From Microcoleus sp. (lineage in GTDB: Bacteria > Cyanobacteriota > Cyanobacteriia > Cyanobacteriales > Microcoleaceae), in assembly GCA_052279835.1 (NCBI GenBank), contig CP181291.1, positions 2,752,001 through 2,816,000 of the forward strand: a stretch of 64,000 bases of DNA, read 5' to 3'. Both the position numbers and the translations under genes were made by a program. Every line of letters starts with the position of its first letter. The stretch's first letter is position 1. The notes beneath the pieces were generated by a model, which worked only from the letters and a program-made list of their open reading frames with translations, had not been told where the DNA came from and did no database searches. Shown piece after piece: positions 59,399 through 64,000 of the stretch.

Positions 59399-62389
59399 CT
59401 ATTTTGAGAGTGGATAATGTGCTGCCAAAAAAGCAATTGCCGAAGTGCGATCGCCCAAATGCCCATCCAAAGTCGCAGCCAACAAATCATCCAACATGAG
59501 TTTAAACGTAGGTCCAGGTTTGTAGCCCAAAGCCTTCAAATCATTGCCATTCAAAGGGGCTTCAACCTTCACCCACTTGGTGAAAAATTCCCAAATTTGG
59601 TGTCGAACACTTCGGGGACTTTGCAGGGCGATCGCAATTAACATCGGCAACTCATAATTCCTCAGCAGCATTACCAATTGACTCGGTAACTTGCATTTCG
59701 GCAAAGTTTCGACTAATTCCTGATTTGTAGCTTCTAAAAGTTCCAGCCGCTTGATGCTGTCAGCAGGTAACTGAAGATTTGCAGCCACCTTTCCCCGATA
59801 TTCGGGTGCTAAATAAGCGATCGAAATTTCCAGCCGCATCAGCCAATCGGGAATTTTGAGAATTGGGCATTGGGCATTGGGAATGGGGAATTGGGCATGG
59901 GGCATCGGGAATTTTTTAACTACTTGTTTCTTAATTCCATCGGTTACATCCGTTACATCCGTTACAGAATTCGCTGCCGAACCTTCTTCCTTCTTCCTTC
60001 CATTCAAACATCGATCGAGCAAACGCAATTGCCACCACAACTGGCGATCCAATTCCAAAGTAGGATGAATGCAGCGCAAGGCCTGCAAATCTCCCAGCAT
60101 TTGCAGGGCAACTTTCCAATAAGGTGATTGCAAAATGTACCTCAATTCAGTTTTGAGCCGAGTTTCCAAAGCCGGCGCTCGGCCGTTTTCACCTTGAATC
60201 CGGTAATAAATCCCGCTTTCGAGGGCGTGGCGGATGTATCCTTCAGTCTGCGACTCGATCGCAAATCCCAACCGCACCGCAAACCGCACAGCCCGGTAAA
60301 TTCGCGTCGGATCTTCGATAAAACTGTTAGCGTGCAAAACTCTAATTTGGCGCGCTTCCAAGTCTAGCAAACCGCCAAAAAAATCCAACAATTCGCCGCA
60401 GTTAGGAACACCCAACCGCACAGCCAGGGCATTAATTGTAAAATCCCTGCGGTACAAATCTTGACGGATCGAACTCGCTTCAACTTCAGGATTTGCAGCC
60501 GGATAAGGATAAAATTCAGTACGAGCCGTAGCGATATCCAGCCACAGCGAGCCGAAAGCAGAGTCTTTGTGCCACAATAGCGCGGCGGTTTTAAAGTCAC
60601 CGTGAACGTCCAAACGCGACTCTGGGTAAAGCTTTTGTAGCGATGCAGCCAACTCGACACCTGCACCGGAATCGCGGGCGCCAGAGTTTCCATCCACAAC
60701 CAAGTCAATATCGGCGAGTGCCAGTTTATCGTCGGTGGCTAACTGATTTTTGGCACTATTCTCAGCATCTTGGCCGCCCTTCCCAGGCTGGTTGACAGTG
60801 GTGCCTGATGTTGTCAAACCTAAGAGTAAATCCCGGACTGCTCCACCGACAATATAAAGTTGCCAGCCTCGCTCTCGGGCAATATTGGCCGCGATCGACA
60901 ATAATTGCCATAATTCGGGACTAATGCGCGATCGCAGCAACTGCTCCACGGATGCGGGTAGGGGACAATAGGTCAATTGTCCTTTACTTCCTCCACTGTC
61001 TCGCGCTTTTTGCTGGTGCAATTGGCGCAATACGTCGGTGCGAGTCACAATTCCCACCAGTTGGTCGTTTTCCAATACTGGCAAGCGCCCGATATTGTAT
61101 GTCACCATTAAATCTTCAATTTCTGGCAGCAAGGTATCGGGGGCGATCGTTTTTAGCTGCGGAGTCATGTAACCCTTGACGGGGGCGTGGCTGAAACCGT
61201 GGTGCAGGGCGATGTCAATGTCGCGGCGGGAAATAATGCCGGCAAGCCGATCGCCCGCATCGACCACACAAAGCCCCGAATGCCCGTAACGCAGGAGGAT
61301 ACGGTGAGCTTCTCCCACGGAGGTTTCCGGGCGAATGCTCCGCACTGGAGATGACATTAACTCGCGGGCGGTTGGAGGGTGAGGGATTTGAGCTTTCAGC
61401 GCGTTGGCTAGTTGATTTAAAGTCGCCAGCGGGTCAACATCGCGGGTGGCGAGGGATGCGGCGCGGGCGTGGCCTCCGCCACCGAAAGGTTTGAACAATT
61501 CGCTGAGGTTTGTGCTGGAAATGCGCGATCGACCGATAATAGTTAATCGATTGGAAACTGACGATTCGGGAGAGTCGGGATCGATGGTATCGCTGTTTTG
61601 TTTTTCACCAGATTTATACACATTTCCTAATAGCAGAGCATCGGTTTCAGTCAAATCCAGCAAGCGAGATGCTAGGGCAGAAAGTCCCGGAACATAGGCA
61701 TCAGTTGTGAGCAATACCCAAGCTACACTGTTACCGCGTACAGTTTCCGATCGCAAGTTATTCAGAGCTTCTTTCAGCAAATCCTGCAATTGAGCAGACA
61801 AACCGGGTTCTACATATTCAGCGATGACTCCCAAACTCGCTCCCTGCTGCATCAACCACGCCAAAGCATTAGCATCTCGCGCCGTTGCACCCTCGAAGGT
61901 GAGGGAACCTGTATCGACGTGGATACCGAGGGCCATGACTGTGGCTTCTGAGGGATCGAGATGGAATTCTTGGTTACTCTGTGGGACTTGATTTGCGAAT
62001 TTTTCCCTAAGTTTTTCGACTATTAAAGTAGTGGTGGCCCCGACTGCTTCGATTTGGCCCAGGGTGGCCGGGATGTCTGAATGCGCTTCTAAATGGTGAT
62101 CGAAAACCGTAATTTCGTTGATGTGTGGCAAGTCTAGCCATTCGGCGGCTTTTCCCAAACGATCGCGCGTGCTAGCATCAACAATGGCGAGCGAGCGAAT
62201 TTGTTGCGGATTGACCGATCGACGTTCGATTAACGGGTACTCATCGCGGTGTAGCGCCAAAAAATCCCGCACCGTGGGGTGAGACCCACCAGCAAGCACG
62301 ATTCTGGTACCGGGGTGCAGCACGCAAAGTCCCACCGCCGCTCCCAAGGTGTCAAAATCTGCTGTAGTGTGGCACAAAACTAAGTCCAT
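59399..62389 (-). CDS. DHH-CBS-nucleotidyltransferase (A-adding tRNA nucleotidyltransferase type)
   Basis: DHH motif, GGGH, CBS pair, DIDLVVDG, RRDFTINA, EDPTR; start may be 62404. Confidence 0.88.
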   Translation of the reverse strand: MDLVLCHTTADFDTLGAAVGLCVLHPGTRIVLAGGSHPTVRDFLALHRDEYPLIERRSVNPQQIRSLAIVDASTRDRLGKAAEWLDLPHINEITVFDHHLEAHSDIPATLGQIEAVGATTTLIVEKLREKFANQVPQSNQEFHLDPSEATVMALGIHVDTGSLTFEGATARDANALAWLMQQGASLGVIAEYVEPGLSAQLQDLLKEALNNLRSETVRGNSVAWVLLTTDAYVPGLSALASRLLDLTETDALLLGNVYKSGEKQNSDTIDPDSPESSVSNRLTIIGRSRISSTNLSELFKPFGGGGHARAASLATRDVDPLATLNQLANALKAQIPHPPTARELMSSPVRSIRPETSVGEAHRILLRYGHSGLCVVDAGDRLAGIISRRDIDIALHHGFSHAPVKGYMTPQLKTIAPDTLLPEIEDLMVTYNIGRLPVLENDQLVGIVTRTDVLRQLHQQKARDSGGSKGQLTYCPLPASVEQLLRSRISPELWQLLSIAANIARERGWQLYIVGGAVRDLLLGLTTSGTTVNQPGKGGQDAENSAKNQLATDDKLALADIDLVVDGNSGARDSGAGVELAASLQKLYPESRLDVHGDFKTAALLWHKDSAFGSLWLDIATARTEFYPYPAANPEVEASSIRQDLYRRDFTINALAVRLGVPNCGELLDFFGGLLDLEARQIRVLHANSFIEDPTRIYRAVRFAVRLGFAIESQTEGYIRHALESGIYYRIQGENGRAPALETRLKTELRYILQSPYWKVALQMLGDLQALRCIHPTLELDRQLWWQLRLLDRCLNGRKKEEGSAANSVTDVTDVTDGIKKQVVKKFPMPHAQFPIPNAQCPILKIPDWLMRLEISIAYLAPEYRGKVAANLQLPADSIKRLELLEATNQELVETLPKCKLPSQLVMLLRNYELPMLIAIALQSPRSVRHQIWEFFTKWVKVEAPLNGNDLKALGYKPGPTFKLMLDDLLAATLDGHLGDRTSAIAFLAAHYPLSK

Positions 62390-62650
62390 AAACAAATCCT
62401 GCATCTGTAACCCAAAGTGTCCCTGAATCTGGCTCACGAACAGCACACGAGCCGATCGCACTATAACTCAAGCTTAGTGAAGTATTGATTCTAGTTTCAA
62501 TCGCAGCAGCCAATAATGGTAAAATTTAAGTAAATCTCAAGAGCTGCTGACTGCTGTTCGCACCACTGAGAATTTGTACGGGCCAGTCGAATTTCAACAA
62601 CCGACAATTTTCCGATCAATCGTCCCACCGCTATATCGAAAGGAGAAAAA

Positions 62651-62842
62651 ATGTTATCAATTCTGTTTCAACTTGTTTTACTAGGTTTGGTACTGCTATC
62701 TTTTGTGATGGTAGTTGGCGTTCCAGTTGCTTATGCTTCTCCCCAAAACTGGAATCAGTCTAAAACACTGATTTTTGCAGGTTCTGGTCTCTGGTTTTTG
62801 CTGGTTATTGCCGTGGGTGTTTTAAACTTTTTGGTAGTTTAA
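62651..62842 (+). CDS. psbZ: Photosystem II protein PsbZ
   Basis: [18 protein letters not shown]. Confidence 0.96.
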   Translation: MLSILFQLVLLGLVLLSFVMVVGVPVAYASPQNWNQSKTLIFAGSGLWFLLVIAVGVLNFLVV

Positions 62843-63052
62843 AATTCGGTCTAGAACGACGTAAAATAGTTGTGAGTTTTGAATTTTGACTGAAGTTTAT
62901 GCTATAATTAGTAGTCTTAGATTTGGAGTTAATTATTGATTGAAGTCACTGTTTCAACGGATTAATTCACAGCCAAAATTTAAAACTCACAATTCATAAA
63001 TAAAGCTAAGAAAAATCCCATTACCACTTACCAATTACCAAAGTATAAAATT

Positions 63053-63601
63053 ATGGCAGTTTTCGAGGGGACTTTTACTCAAACCGAATCTTTGCGGTTT
63101 GCGATTGTCATTGGTCGTTTTAACGACATGGTAGTCAACAAACTTTTGGAAGGTTGTCAAGATTGTTTGAAACGCCACGGGGTTGATATAAATCCTCATG
63201 GTAATCAGGTTGATTTTTATTGGGTTCCGGGATGTTTTGAAATTCCCTTGATTGCTCGTCAAGCTGCATTTTCTCGTCGCTACGATGCAGTAATCTGTCT
63301 GGGTGCGGTGATTCGCGGCCAAACTCCTCATTTCGATTTTGTCGCTGGTGAGGTTTCTAAGGGAATTGCGGCTGCGGCTTTTCAAAGTGGAGTACCGGTG
63401 ATTTTTGGGGTGGTGACGACTGACACGATGCAGCAAGCTTTGGAAAGGGCCGGAATTAAGAGCAATTTGGGCTGGAATTATGCAATGAGTGCTTTGGAAA
63501 TGGGCACTTTGATGCGTCAAGTCAATGGTTTGGGTGGAAATTCTTACGATAAATTAGCTGCTGCGTCTGCTGTTGAAGTGCTGTCGGGCGATCTAGCCTA
63601 G
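63053..63601 (+). CDS. ribH: 6,7-dimethyl-8-ribityllumazine synthase
   Basis: [27 protein letters not shown]. Confidence 0.96.
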   Translation: MAVFEGTFTQTESLRFAIVIGRFNDMVVNKLLEGCQDCLKRHGVDINPHGNQVDFYWVPGCFEIPLIARQAAFSRRYDAVICLGAVIRGQTPHFDFVAGEVSKGIAAAAFQSGVPVIFGVVTTDTMQQALERAGIKSNLGWNYAMSALEMGTLMRQVNGLGGNSYDKLAAASAVEVLSGDLA

Positions 63602-63707
63602 TATATATCATTATGTGATTCCAACTGGTTCCCCGGAAGAGCCTGGGAACCGAGATCCAGAGGCTCTGCCTCGCTCGTCGCTTGTAGAATACTAGGTAAG
63701 GAAAGCT

Positions 63708-64000
63708 ATGAATAGTGTCACCGCGAAAAGATTCTCGATCGCAGAATATCACCGTTTGGGAGAACTGGGATTTTTCGCTCCCGATGAGCGAGTAGAATTG
63801 ATTCGCGGAGAACTTATAAAAATGGCTGCTAAAGGTAGGTTTCACTCTGTTTGTAACAGTCTTTTAGTTGAGGAGTTAATAATTTTACTGACAAGACGTG
63901 CTCGTGTTCGCGTACAAGATCCGATAATTTTATCTACTACAGATAGCGAACCAGAACCTGATGTGATTATCGCCCGCAATCGTTCTGATAATTATTTAGA
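63708..64000 (+). CDS. Uma2 family protein, truncated by the window edge
   Basis: Manual translation MNSVTAKRFSIAEYHRLGELGFF..ERVELIRGE...SEPEPD. Confidence 0.8.
   Translation, partial: MNSVTAKRFSIAEYHRLGELGFFAPDERVELIRGELIKMAAKGRFHSVCNSLLVEELIILLTRRARVRVQDPIILSTTDSEPEPDVIIARNRSDNYL

Larger units (their letters stand above)
1..64000. repeat. HIP1 octamer GCGATCGC dispersed throughout
   Basis: Many copies in coding and non-coding DNA (for example at 88, 530 and 4588); a cyanobacterial hallmark. Confidence 0.9.

Noticed and set aside
1..64000. tRNA or rRNA genes, prophage, integrase
   Set aside because: None recognised by eye; a tRNAscan/Infernal run would be needed to exclude small RNAs

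Overview
Chromosomal window of a filamentous cyanobacterium, probably Oscillatoriales/Microcoleaceae-like (inferred from dense HIP1 GCGATCGC sites, heptamer STRR arrays, nblA, psbZ, bioU and the pilBTC-grpE-dnaK-dnaJ block). 1-6.6 kb is a decaying toxin-antitoxin/IS island containing a kinase-GUN4 gene and an IS630 inserted in hicB. 6.6-32 kb is an accessory signalling/secretion region: SPFH protein; an operon of sigma-70-like factor, DUF1822, CHAT-CHASE2 receptor and DUF928; a convergent operon of TpsA, TpsB and exported TPR-CHAT; then a frameshift-split ~2650-aa subtilisin-like surface protein. 32-64 kb is mostly core genes interspersed with MITE/REP-like repeats, two IS200/IS605 remnants and a candidate sRNA. 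The best candidate for a poorly described system is the two-protease CHAT/CHASE2/DUF928/DUF1822/sigma relay linked to two-partner secretion. A second is the G/T-rich, possibly hypervariable tail of the GUN4 domain. Family assignments are by motif recognition only; no searches were run.
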